This document shows positions 33,566-42,647 of a stretch of 64,000 bases of DNA, piece after piece. The position numbers and the translations under genes were made by a program. The notes under the pieces are model-generated. The model did not search any database and was not told where the DNA came from. It worked only from the letters and a program-made list of their open reading frames with translations. The stretch is from Vicinamibacterales bacterium (lineage in GTDB: Bacteria > Acidobacteriota > Vicinamibacteria > Vicinamibacterales > UBA823): positions 68,125 through 132,124 of the forward strand of contig DASCOS010000011.1 in assembly GCA_036012125.1 (NCBI GenBank), given 5' to 3'. How positions within the stretch are numbered: the stretch's first letter is position 1; each line of letters opens with the position of its first letter.

Positions 33566-34174
33566 CTAAGAGTGTTCACTGTTCTCCTTATCCGCAACCG
33601 ACGATTCAGGTTCCGGACCATTGAAACGATTCATAACGTATCCGATTCCATTACCAACGAACGCATCGACGGCGTCAGCGGCTCTCGCGATTGAGTCGCG
33701 AATAGCCGTTTCCTCAGAAGTTTCGAATCTCGACAGTACGTGGGCTGCGAGGTCACGCCGCACATCCCCGCGTCCCACACCAACCCGAAGACGAGAAAAC
33801 CCCTCCGTTCCAAGCGCGTCGATTATCGACGCCAGGCCGTTGTGCCCCCCGTCTCCACCACTTGCTCGAGCCCGCAAACGCCCAAGGGGCAACTCCACAT
33901 CCTCTGCCACGATAAGCACATCGTCAAGTGTAATCCGATAGTAACGAACCAAGGCGGCAACGGCCAATCCACTTCGGTTCATAAATGTTAAGGGCTTAAC
34001 CACCAGCAGTCCAGGGTCGACACCCCGAGTTCTCGCTATGACGGCCTCGGTTGGCGCTGACTCAAACTCAAGCGAATGTCGGGTCGCTACTTCACCCACC
34101 ACATCGAAGCCAACGTTATGCCGTGTGCCTTGATACTTACGGCCAGGATTGCCCAGCCCAACAATCAGTCGCAC
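33566..34174 (-). CDS. pth: Peptidyl-tRNA hydrolase
   Basis: (M)RLIVGLGNPGRKYQGTRHNVGF... is canonical Pth. GTG start. Confidence 0.95.
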   Translation of the reverse strand: MRLIVGLGNPGRKYQGTRHNVGFDVVGEVATRHSLEFESAPTEAVIARTRGVDPGLLVVKPLTFMNRSGLAVAALVRYYRITLDDVLIVAEDVELPLGRLRARASGGDGGHNGLASIIDALGTEGFSRLRVGVGRGDVRRDLAAHVLSRFETSEETAIRDSIARAADAVDAFVGNGIGYVMNRFNGPEPESSVADKENSEHS

Positions 34175-34200
34175 GCTCAGTCAAGGTCGGAGTAGCAAGA

Positions 34201-34896
34201 TTACGAGGAGGATTCCTCGCCACTCTCCTCCTGCTCAGCCTTGCCCTTCTTGATTACCTCAGGCTCGGCGGCTTCGCCCTCAGCGCCTGCCTCACCTTCA
34301 GCCACTACCTCAGGCTCCTCTTCAACTTCGGCCTTCGGTGCCACCACATGAACGAGTAGAACGTCTGGAGAGCTAACCGGCGTCCACTTGACCCCTTCGA
34401 TCACTTCACGGAGCCGGACACCTTGGCCAATCATCAACTCGCTTACATCAACTTCTAAATGCTCTGGAATATCAGCCGGTAGGCACTCAACCTCAACTTC
34501 TCGATTCACGAAATCCAAGAGTCCACCTTCTTGCTTCACACCAACTGCCTCGCCCTTGAGAGTCACAGGCACCGATACCTTAATGACACGGTCCATCGCA
34601 ACTCGATAAAAATCAACGTGTAAGAGGTGATTCACTATCGGATCGAGTTGGTATTCCTTCACCAGCACCTGCGTCGCCTTTCCACCATCAACCGTTAGGC
34701 CAATGATGGTGTTGATACCAGATTCTGAGTTAATAATCCGCATCAAAAGTTTAGGATCGAGCGAAATTGGCGTTCCACTCCCATTCTTCCCGACGCCTCC
34801 GTAAACAACCGCAGGAATTCGTCCGTCTCGACGAAGCCGACGTGTTTCGTTCTTACCAAATGTCTGCCGCGTAACCGCTTCCAAAGTTGCTTCCAT
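34201..34896 (-). CDS. rplY: 50S ribosomal protein L25 / general stress protein Ctc (long form)
   Basis: GKNETRRLRRDGRIPAVVYGG... two-domain Ctc form with an acidic tail. Sits between prs and pth. Confidence 0.92.
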   Translation of the reverse strand: MEATLEAVTRQTFGKNETRRLRRDGRIPAVVYGGVGKNGSGTPISLDPKLLMRIINSESGINTIIGLTVDGGKATQVLVKEYQLDPIVNHLLHVDFYRVAMDRVIKVSVPVTLKGEAVGVKQEGGLLDFVNREVEVECLPADIPEHLEVDVSELMIGQGVRLREVIEGVKWTPVSSPDVLLVHVVAPKAEVEEEPEVVAEGEAGAEGEAAEPEVIKKGKAEQEESGEESSS

Positions 34897-34944
34897 AAGT
34901 ACGTGCCTTTGTCAGGGCGTAGAGTTCATCGACTCACGCACCGC

Positions 34945-35889
34945 TCAAACGAATAATGATGACACAGACGTCTCTTCGTGAATACTTTGTATTGCTTTGC
35001 CCAATAATTTTGCCACCGAAAGAACGCGAAGCCTGTCGGATTTTGTATGAGCTTCACCCAACGGAATGGTGTTGGTTACAATCAACTCCTCCAGCGGTGA
35101 TTGCTCGATCCTATCCAATGCAGGTCCAGAAAGAACGCCGTGTACTGCACATGCCAGAACTCTTCTAGCCCCAGCGTCAGCGAGCGCGTGAGCCGCATTG
35201 CAGAGTGTTCCTGCTGTATCGACGATATCATCCTGAATGATGCATACGCGGCCCCCAACCTGGCCAATAACATTCATCACCTCAGCCGTTCCATCGTCCG
35301 ATCGCCGTTTATCAACAATTGCCAAATCAGCGCCGAGCCTCTTGGCATAGGCCCTAGCACGCTCAGCACCGCCAGCGTCTGGTGAGACTAGGGTCAACTC
35401 AGACTCGTCAAGAGTCGACAAGTATTCAATGATAATCGGCGCTGCGAACAGGTGGTCGACCGGAATATCAAAAAAGCCCTGAATTTGAGCCTTGTGCAGG
35501 TCCATCGTTAGAACGCGATTGGTACCGGCGGCGCCAAGCAGATTCGCAACAAGTTTGGCTGAAATAGGCACGCGCGGCTTGTCTTTCCTGTCCTGACGCG
35601 CATAGCCGTAGTACGGCATGACCGCCGTGATCCGCGAGGCTGACGAGCGGCGGAAAGCGTCGATCATTACGCATAGTTCAACTAGATGGTGGTCAACTGA
35701 TTTACAAGTCGGCTGAACAACGAATACATCTGTGCCACGGATGTTCTCGTCGATTTGAAAAGAGACCTCGCTGTCAGGAAACCGCCGAAGCCTAGCTTGG
35801 CCCATAGGAATCCCCAAAACCTCGGCAATCTCCTGACCAAGCGCCGGATGCGCCGACCCCGAAAACAACTTAAGTTGTCCGCTACCCAT
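34945..35889 (-). CDS. prs: Ribose-phosphate pyrophosphokinase
   Basis: LKLFSGSAHPALGQEIA..., YARQDRK, DLHKAQIQGFF and the PRPP-binding loop DDIVDTAGT. Confidence 0.96.
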   Translation of the reverse strand: MGSGQLKLFSGSAHPALGQEIAEVLGIPMGQARLRRFPDSEVSFQIDENIRGTDVFVVQPTCKSVDHHLVELCVMIDAFRRSSASRITAVMPYYGYARQDRKDKPRVPISAKLVANLLGAAGTNRVLTMDLHKAQIQGFFDIPVDHLFAAPIIIEYLSTLDESELTLVSPDAGGAERARAYAKRLGADLAIVDKRRSDDGTAEVMNVIGQVGGRVCIIQDDIVDTAGTLCNAAHALADAGARRVLACAVHGVLSGPALDRIEQSPLEELIVTNTIPLGEAHTKSDRLRVLSVAKLLGKAIQSIHEETSVSSLFV

Positions 35890-35909
35890 GGTCCTCTACT
35901 AACACCACT

Positions 35910-35984
35910 TGGCTGGGGCGGAAGGATTCGAACCTTCGAATACGGGCTCCAAAGGCCCGCGCCTTACCGCTTGGCGACGCCCCA
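35910..35984 (-). tRNA. tRNA-Gln (anticodon UUG), CCA encoded
   Basis: Reverse complement TGGGGCGTCGCCAAGCGGTAAGGCGCGGGCCTTTGGAGCCCGTATTCGAAGGTTCGAATCCTTCCGCCCCAGCCA. The anticodon loop is CTTTGGA. Confidence 0.9.
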
Positions 35985-36266
35985 ATCTTCGTCACCAGTC
36001 GCTGAGGCGTCAACCGGCCTCGCCCCTAACGGACCCGCGGTAAAGCCGCCGAGCCGTAAGGACGACACACACCAACGAAAATGGCAAAGGCTAACACTCT
36101 AGGGCTGGCAAGAAAACACTGGCGCAAATCCCGAGTCTATACGATGGATCCGCCCCCTGCAAGCAAGCACAAGAGAATGCTTTATGCCATTCTAGCATCT
36201 GAATCCCCAACCCTCGAGCTGGAATCAACCATCTTCACACCCTGGTCCTAGAGTGTAGTCTCACAA

Positions 36267-37145
36267 TTAGGTTACGTCCCCACGAGTCAATGTCCTCGTC
36301 AGAATGACACGCCATTCTCGGCGTCGTAGTGCCGCCGCAGCTGCTGCGGCATCACGTCTACGCGAAAACAGTCCGAACACGCAGGAACCGCTACCCGACA
36401 TAGAGGGATGTGTAGCTCCCGCTCGTCGCAGTGCGGTCTTCATGCGCCGTATTTCAGGGTATTTGGCAAGCACGGCAGGCTCCAAATCGTTGACCAGCTT
36501 AGCCACTCTCGACAGGTCGGCCGCCCGCGGAGCAAGCGGTTCTCGCGATTCCACTGGTCGCTTACGCCGCGGTGCTAGATCAAACCAGCCGTAGGCTGCC
36601 GCTGTTGAAACACCGAAGTCGGGGATTAAGAGTACCGCCCAATGCTTGGGCAGATCGACGAGGGGAAACAGCTCGTCTCCAGCTCCCAGCCCAAGTGCAG
36701 TCCCCCCGAGGAGAAAGAAAGGAACATCGGCGCCAATCCTAGACGCAACGCGATGGCAAACCGAAACACTCAACTCATCAGGCCAGAGAGCCGCCAGCGC
36801 GCGGAGCATTGCGGCGGCATCACTACTGCCGCCACCCAGACCCGCTTCGAGAGGAATCCGTTTGTCGATTACGACCGAGAGATCGCGTGGCGTACCGTGG
36901 CCCACTATGCGGAAGGCCCGGACGGCGGCCTCCCACACTAGGTTGTCCCGGCCGATCGGCACAGACGGGTCATTACATCGAAGTTCGAAGGGACCAGGAC
37001 GAACGGTGACTGTCAGACAATCTGCCAGTTCGATTGATTGATAGATCGTCCGTAACTCATGAAGTCCGTCGGCTCGACGTCCTATGACTCTTAGATCAAG
37101 GTTGAGTTTTGCGTGGGCTCGAGTTACGAACCGTTGACGTCTCAT
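36267..37145 (-). CDS. ispE: 4-diphosphocytidyl-2-C-methyl-D-erythritol kinase
   Basis: AKLNLDLRV..., GHMP motif IPLEAGLGGGSSDAAA, and SGSGS near the C-terminus. Confidence 0.92.
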   Translation of the reverse strand: MRRQRFVTRAHAKLNLDLRVIGRRADGLHELRTIYQSIELADCLTVTVRPGPFELRCNDPSVPIGRDNLVWEAAVRAFRIVGHGTPRDLSVVIDKRIPLEAGLGGGSSDAAAMLRALAALWPDELSVSVCHRVASRIGADVPFFLLGGTALGLGAGDELFPLVDLPKHWAVLLIPDFGVSTAAAYGWFDLAPRRKRPVESREPLAPRAADLSRVAKLVNDLEPAVLAKYPEIRRMKTALRRAGATHPSMSGSGSCVFGLFSRRRDAAAAAAALRRREWRVILTRTLTRGDVT

Positions 37146-37167
37146 GGAAAACCCAACTTGAATAAAT

Positions 37168-38016
37168 CTACTGGTCGGCCCCTTCGACCGATGCCCGAAG
37201 TGGTCCTCGAGCGCGAAGTTCGTTCAGAGTCATCGGAACAGCATCGGGGGGGATGTCGAGCACAAAGGTTCCAGCGTCCAAGGTCGTATTAATTCTGACT
37301 TGTGACAGCAACACTGTGAGGTCCACCGCGCCCGACGCTGAGTTCAGGGAGGTCAGACGGACTTGAGCAGGTACTCGACCCGATAATTCACTGTACTCGC
37401 TGAGCCAGCCAGAACGACGCACCGCAACAATTCGTCGAACATCCCCAACTAGCCGCAGATAAACAAAACTGCCGTCAGAAGTCTCAATCATCCACCAATC
37501 TTGTCCATAGGACACACCGGTGCGGGCCTGCACCGTTTCCGGTAGGCAACCGCTAAGCACGTAACGAAGGTCATCTGGTGTCAAGGCAATACCGGTCAAC
37601 GCATCAACGATATCAATTGCAGACTGTCCAACAAGAGCACGGGATTCCCGCGGCATCAACAACGCCGCACGCCCGGGTTGCGCAACGAAGATAAACGCTG
37701 GTTGGCCAAACGGCGCCAGCCCTTCGAGACGGACAGCACCGGGCTCGGCCAGGCCCGCCAGCACCCGCCCACGTAGCCGACTGTCGCCCACCCGTCCCGA
37801 TAGTCTCAGTTCGGCTAATACAGTATTCAAATTGCAATACCGCGTGATCACTTCAGTGAATGCTTCTTCAAAATCCGGAAACGGTGAGCCTGGTCCTGAG
37901 GGTAAGGTTTGCCGATGCGAAGCACAGGCCCCGGTCCAGGAAGCCAGGAGGACAATTCCAAGCACCCGCAGTCGGCGAGTCGGGATTCTAATCTCTTGAA
38001 CAACCATGAAGGGCAT
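37168..38016 (-). CDS. Putative lipoprotein, LolB/DUF4292-like (by context and pattern)
   Basis: Signal peptide with a lipobox-like LLASWTGAC. The LolB-like strand pattern (AELRLSGRVG..RLRGRVLAGLAEPGAVRLE) and its position directly upstream of ispE parallel the lolB-ispE-prs arrangement in proteobacteria. No HMM was run. Confidence 0.5.
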   Translation of the reverse strand: MPFMVVQEIRIPTRRLRVLGIVLLASWTGACASHRQTLPSGPGSPFPDFEEAFTEVITRYCNLNTVLAELRLSGRVGDSRLRGRVLAGLAEPGAVRLEGLAPFGQPAFIFVAQPGRAALLMPRESRALVGQSAIDIVDALTGIALTPDDLRYVLSGCLPETVQARTGVSYGQDWWMIETSDGSFVYLRLVGDVRRIVAVRRSGWLSEYSELSGRVPAQVRLTSLNSASGAVDLTVLLSQVRINTTLDAGTFVLDIPPDAVPMTLNELRARGPLRASVEGADQ

Positions 38017-38033
38017 CCAGGCACCCGCGGGCG

Positions 38034-40025
38034 TCAGCGCTCAACGCGTTCCCTAGCATCCCTAATCTTACGTTCGACGGTCGGCAGGTCAATCGATTCA
38101 GCATCGCCCACAATTGCTCTCTCCCACGTTTCGATAGCTTCAGTGTAGCGGCCGCGTTTGAAAAGCAAATCGCCGAAGTGATCCTGAACGACAGAATTCT
38201 GCCTCAATTGCTCACTGGCCTGGCGCAAATGGGTTTCCGCTAAATCCCATTTCTCAAGCTTGAAGTATGCCCATCCAAGGCTGTCGAGGTAGGCACCGTT
38301 ATGAGGGTCAGATTCAAGCGCTCGTTGGATCAACTGGACCGATTCATGGAGGCGTTCGCCCCGATCAGCCAACATATAACCAAGATAGTTCAATGCCATG
38401 TGATTGGACGGATCCCGTTCGAGCGCGGCACGCAATGCAAGTTCAGCATCGATGTGCTGGGCTTGTTGCTCGAAAATCACCCCAAGCTGGAATGGAATCA
38501 ACGAGTCCGCTGGGAATCTCCGTTCAGCATCTATTAGTGTCTCCACCGCATCTTGTACACGCCCGGTTTCAACCAACAGATTCGCCATGCCAATGTGTGC
38601 AACGGGTTCATCGGCATGGTCCAAGAGAGCGGTTTCCATTACAACTATGCCCTGATCGGTTTGGCCAGATAACACTAAGGCGTGGGCGTACATCCCGTCG
38701 AGTTGGAGATTGCCGACATGACGCTCTCGTGCAACCGACAGACTCTTGACAGCATCGTGGACCCGTCGGCTCTCTAGATAGGCTTGCCCGAGATACACTT
38801 CTGGCGTGGGATCGCTTGGTGCTACGTCACGAGCCAGTTCGAACGCAGCAACCGCCGCACTGTCATCTCCTGACGCTTGATACGTAACACCGCTCTCCAA
38901 CAGAAGCATCGCTAACTCGTGCGGTGCCTGCCCGTTCTCTCGAAGACGCTTCACGAAAGATTCGACAGCATCGACCAACTCCACTTGCTGTCCCTGCTCT
39001 AAATACACCTGGACCAACGCATAGATACCGCGAGTGCCACTAGGCTCAAGCTCTATCACCCGCTGCGCTGCAGCTTCCGCGGCATCGAAGTTCTTCAACT
39101 GGCGCTCGACTTCAGACAACAGATAAAGCGTCAGTGCGTCTGTTGGCCTCACCTCAACGATCTTCTTGATTACGTCGCGCGCACCCTCTCGATCTCCGGC
39201 GTTGAGCAACGATACAGCCCAACGTCGTTTCAGCTCGGTATCGCTCGGACGCCTAGAGACCACCCGCTCATAGGTATCTGCGGCCTCACGCCAACGTCCG
39301 ATAGACTCGTAGAGCTCGGCCAGAGCGTTCAGCATACGAACTGACCGAGGACGACTTCCTATGGCTTCTTCAAGGGTCTCTACAGCTTCAGCAAGGCGAC
39401 CACCTTCAACATACGCGCGGACAAGAAGCAGCAACCCGTCAACAAATCCTGGGCGATCACGAACGAACGGCTCGAGCGTCACTATTGCCTTGTCAACGGC
39501 ACCGGTCTCCACGTACAGCCTCGCCAGAATGAAAGTGATTCGCCCATCGAGTTCCCCTGCAACAACTGCCTGTTCCAAGTGTGTTAGCGCCCGCCCTCGA
39601 TATACTTCAGCCTCTGACGAGCTTCGGCCATCACGTTGTTCGTGCGTTTGTTCTGAGAGTGTGGCGAAAATGAGTCCTAACACGCGGTGTGCCTCGCCGT
39701 ATTCAGCGTCCAAGGTAAGGGCACGTTCCGCTACCCTAATGGCATCTGTCGTCTGCCCAATCTGGGCATACAGAGCCGCCTGAGCTGCTGGAATGGCAGC
39801 CGCGCCTGGATCCAATTCCGAAGCACGACTCAATAAGTCAATTGCATGAACTACATCGCCAGAATCTTCTAGACGAAGCGACTGAATAAAAAGCTCGTAG
39901 GACTGAGCCCGGTCTTCGTACTCCTGCAACGGTTCCGACGAATTACCCGGTAGTTGACCTGCCGCACCAGTAGCAGCCACGCTGAACACGATAATGGCCA
40001 CGCCACCCACCAAGCGGATATCCAT
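38034..40025 (-). CDS. Secreted/periplasmic tetratricopeptide (TPR) repeat protein
   Basis: N-terminal hydrophobic signal followed by more than 12 recognisable 34-aa TPR-like repeats (A..Y..A...P....A...LG..Y). Function unknown. Confidence 0.8.
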   Translation of the reverse strand: MDIRLVGGVAIIVFSVAATGAAGQLPGNSSEPLQEYEDRAQSYELFIQSLRLEDSGDVVHAIDLLSRASELDPGAAAIPAAQAALYAQIGQTTDAIRVAERALTLDAEYGEAHRVLGLIFATLSEQTHEQRDGRSSSEAEVYRGRALTHLEQAVVAGELDGRITFILARLYVETGAVDKAIVTLEPFVRDRPGFVDGLLLLVRAYVEGGRLAEAVETLEEAIGSRPRSVRMLNALAELYESIGRWREAADTYERVVSRRPSDTELKRRWAVSLLNAGDREGARDVIKKIVEVRPTDALTLYLLSEVERQLKNFDAAEAAAQRVIELEPSGTRGIYALVQVYLEQGQQVELVDAVESFVKRLRENGQAPHELAMLLLESGVTYQASGDDSAAVAAFELARDVAPSDPTPEVYLGQAYLESRRVHDAVKSLSVARERHVGNLQLDGMYAHALVLSGQTDQGIVVMETALLDHADEPVAHIGMANLLVETGRVQDAVETLIDAERRFPADSLIPFQLGVIFEQQAQHIDAELALRAALERDPSNHMALNYLGYMLADRGERLHESVQLIQRALESDPHNGAYLDSLGWAYFKLEKWDLAETHLRQASEQLRQNSVVQDHFGDLLFKRGRYTEAIETWERAIVGDAESIDLPTVERKIRDARERVER

Positions 40026-40101
40026 AATTCAGTGCGATTGTTCCACACGGCCAGTAAGCCAGCAAGCTTGCCGGTGATTCACAAGGTGACCCGAAGGCTT
40101 C

Positions 40102-40110
40102 TGGTATAGT
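40102..40110 (+). promoter_or_regulatory. Candidate extended -10 promoter element (TGgTATAGT) for the ycaR-like/waaL/hldA unit
   Basis: TGGTATAGT at 40102-40110, 37 nt upstream of the GTG start. No good -35 is present. Confidence 0.35.
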
Positions 40111-40146
40111 TCGGTTAAAGAAGCCATCTTTTTCAGGAGATATACC

Positions 40147-40317
40147 GTGGCGGTCGACCCTGAATTACTCGAAATTCTTGCTTGTCCGAGTTGTAAAACA
40201 CCTGTCGAGCCAGTAAAAGAGGGCGCGGGCCTTAAATGCCTACAGTGCAGTCGAGTCTACCCAGTCAGGGATGATATCCCGATCATGCTCGTTGATGAGG
40301 CGACCATTGAAGATTAA
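40147..40317 (+). CDS. Trm112/YcaR-family small zinc-ribbon protein (UPF0434)
   Basis: Not in the ORF track (56 aa). Hand translation gives VAVDPELLEILACPSCKTPVEPVKEGAGLKCLQCSRVYPVRDDIPIMLVDEATIED, the canonical Trm112p-like pattern (LL.ILACP.CK...L.C..C...YP...GIP.ML.DEA). AGGAGA lies 6 nt upstream of the GTG. Confidence 0.85.
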   Translation: MAVDPELLEILACPSCKTPVEPVKEGAGLKCLQCSRVYPVRDDIPIMLVDEATIED

Positions 40318-40402
40318 AGGATGTCGGATAAACAGTTGTGCTAGATAACAGGACCTCCGTTAACCTCGCCGGGACCACGGACACCCTGCTGAATTGACGT
40401 TT

Positions 40403-41590
40403 ATGTCCCTCAACCCAGAAACGACACTTCCCCGCCTTGAGCGTGCAGCATTTATTGCACTCGCCACGTTTGTCGCAGCACTGCAGATATCGATTGCCCT
40501 AGCCAATATTCTATTAACCGTTACCGGCGTGCTGTGGTTAGCATTGCTGATCAAGAAACAGGAGCGGGTCACGGTGCCACAGTGGTTTTGGTTTCTCCTG
40601 GCCTACGCCGCTCTGACGTTGATGTCTTCCGTGACATCGTTGGTACCGATCACCAGCGTTATCGACTCCAAGCAACTACTGCTGTTCTTAATCGTTCCGG
40701 GTGTTTATCGTCTCGCACGAGGCCAGAGAGCTCTCACGATCGCAACCGTGATCATTTCGGTAGGCGCGGCCAGCGCGATTATCGGGATCGCACAATATGG
40801 CATTTTTGAGTACGACAACCTTGGACGCCGACCACAGGGATCATTGACCCACTACATGACCTATTCGGGCTTGTTGATGTTAGTGTCGGGGATGGCGGCG
40901 GCGCGACTACTCTTCCATGGACGCGACCGAACTTGGCCAGCCTTGGTCATGCCGGCCTTGCTCGTCGCACTTGCTCTCACTTTCACGCGAAGCGCCATGG
41001 TAGGCACCTGTGTTGGAATTGGATTGTTGTTCGTACTCAAAGACCTCCGGTTACTGTTACTGGCGCCGATCGTCGCCGGCCTTTTCATAGTCGCGGCCCC
41101 AGAACAGATAACTGCCCGCCTATACTCGACCTTCGATCCACAGAATGAGACCGTGCGAGATCGGATCGCAATGATGCGGACTGGCGTTCGCCTAGTACGC
41201 GACTACCCACTGATGGGTGTCGGTCCAGATATGGTGGAAGGTGTCTATGCCGACTACCGAGACCCGGCAGCCATACAGGAATCAAATCCTCACTTACACA
41301 ACGTCCCGATTCAAATCGCAGCCGAGCGAGGCCTCCCTGCACTTCTGGTGTGGATCGCACTGATTGTGGCGGTAACACGAAGCCTAGTCCACCAGCTGCG
41401 AACCGGCTCTTACCGGTCCCTACCAGCCGGGGGCCTGGCAGCCGTTGGCAGCATGCTTGCCGCTGGCATGTTCGAATACAACTTTGGCGACTCTGAATTT
41501 CTGATGCTGTGGCTCGTATTGGTCACTCTGCCGTTTGCCGCGGAGGCAGAGCCCATCACTAGCGACCAGCCAACTACAGAACCGGCGTGA
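40403..41590 (+). CDS. O-antigen ligase (WaaL/Wzy_C) family polytopic membrane protein
   Basis: About 10 TM helices, TFTRSAMVG, and a periplasmic loop with NPHLHNVPIQIAAERG (Wzy_C signature His). The track start is TTG, so the ATG at 40403 is used. Confidence 0.8.
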   Translation: MSLNPETTLPRLERAAFIALATFVAALQISIALANILLTVTGVLWLALLIKKQERVTVPQWFWFLLAYAALTLMSSVTSLVPITSVIDSKQLLLFLIVPGVYRLARGQRALTIATVIISVGAASAIIGIAQYGIFEYDNLGRRPQGSLTHYMTYSGLLMLVSGMAAARLLFHGRDRTWPALVMPALLVALALTFTRSAMVGTCVGIGLLFVLKDLRLLLLAPIVAGLFIVAAPEQITARLYSTFDPQNETVRDRIAMMRTGVRLVRDYPLMGVGPDMVEGVYADYRDPAAIQESNPHLHNVPIQIAAERGLPALLVWIALIVAVTRSLVHQLRTGSYRSLPAGGLAAVGSMLAAGMFEYNFGDSEFLMLWLVLVTLPFAAEAEPITSDQPTTEPA

Positions 41591-42594
41591 CCGATCTATC
41601 GCCTACCCGCGCACGTGCTATTGTCGAGCGGTTTGAGCCACTGACCGTCCTCGTCGTGGGCGATGTAATGATCGACCATTTCTTAATTGGTCAAGTTGAG
41701 CGCATCTCTCCCGAGGCGCCGATACCGGTGATGGCATTTGACCACGAGGAGTACCGGGTCGGTGGAGCGGCTAACGTTGCAAATAATGTCAGGTCACTAG
41801 GTGGCCGTGTATCGCTCGTTGGCGCCATCGGCGAAGACGAACCTGGTCAGCGGCTATTGTCCGAGCTTCGTTCCACTGCCATCGATGCCACAGGTATCAT
41901 CGTTGCTTCCGATCGTCCAACCACCCGGAAGCTGCGTATCGTAGCCAGTCGAAATAAGCAGGTTGCGCGAATTGATTTCGAAACCGAGAGAGCACTGGCA
42001 CCCAAATACGCTCAGGAGCTGCTCGCCCATCAGTCCGAAGCTACCGCGAAGGCCGACATCATAGTTGTGTCCGATTACCTAAAGGGCGTCATAACCTCGG
42101 AACTCATGACACAGGCACTGTCGGCGAGCCGTGCGCGAGGGGTTCCCATCCTGGTCGACCCGAAAATACCCCACCTCGACTTCTACACCGGATGCACACT
42201 ATTGACACCGAATCATCACGAGGCTTCGACTGCAACTAACTCTGTCATTCACACCGACACGGAGGCACAACAGGCTGCACGTAGCCTTCGGTCAAGATTG
42301 GGATGTGAGAGCGTACTCATAACACGCGGCGAACATGGACTGTGGCTGTTGGACGGCTCTGGCAGTGCCGCGGAGCCACGAGAAAAAGCTTTGCCGGCCG
42401 TAGCACGCGAAGTTTCAGACGTCACCGGTGCAGGTGATACGGTAATCGCTACACTGGCGCTCGGACTTGCAGCTGGTGCAACGCTGACCGAGGCTGCACA
42501 ACTGGCCAACCAGGCCGCCGGTCTCGCCGTGGCCAAGTTCGGTCCAGCAACCGTGTCGGCTGAAGAACTTCTTGAGGCATGCACAAATCAATAA
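41587..42594 (+). CDS. hldA: D-glycero-beta-D-manno-heptose-7-phosphate kinase (HldE domain I / HldA, PfkB family)
   Basis: Colinear with the E. coli HldE N-terminal domain (VVGDVMIDHF...ISPEAPIPV...GGAANVANN...LLTPN..E...DVTGAGDTVIA). No adenylyltransferase domain is present. The GTG start overlaps the upstream stop (GTGA). Confidence 0.88.
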   Translation: MTDLSPTRARAIVERFEPLTVLVVGDVMIDHFLIGQVERISPEAPIPVMAFDHEEYRVGGAANVANNVRSLGGRVSLVGAIGEDEPGQRLLSELRSTAIDATGIIVASDRPTTRKLRIVASRNKQVARIDFETERALAPKYAQELLAHQSEATAKADIIVVSDYLKGVITSELMTQALSASRARGVPILVDPKIPHLDFYTGCTLLTPNHHEASTATNSVIHTDTEAQQAARSLRSRLGCESVLITRGEHGLWLLDGSGSAAEPREKALPAVAREVSDVTGAGDTVIATLALGLAAGATLTEAAQLANQAAGLAVAKFGPATVSAEELLEACTNQ

Positions 42595-42647
42595 TTTCTG
42601 ACATTTCGGTCAAGCCATTCCAACCATTACTAGCAACCAATTCGGAT

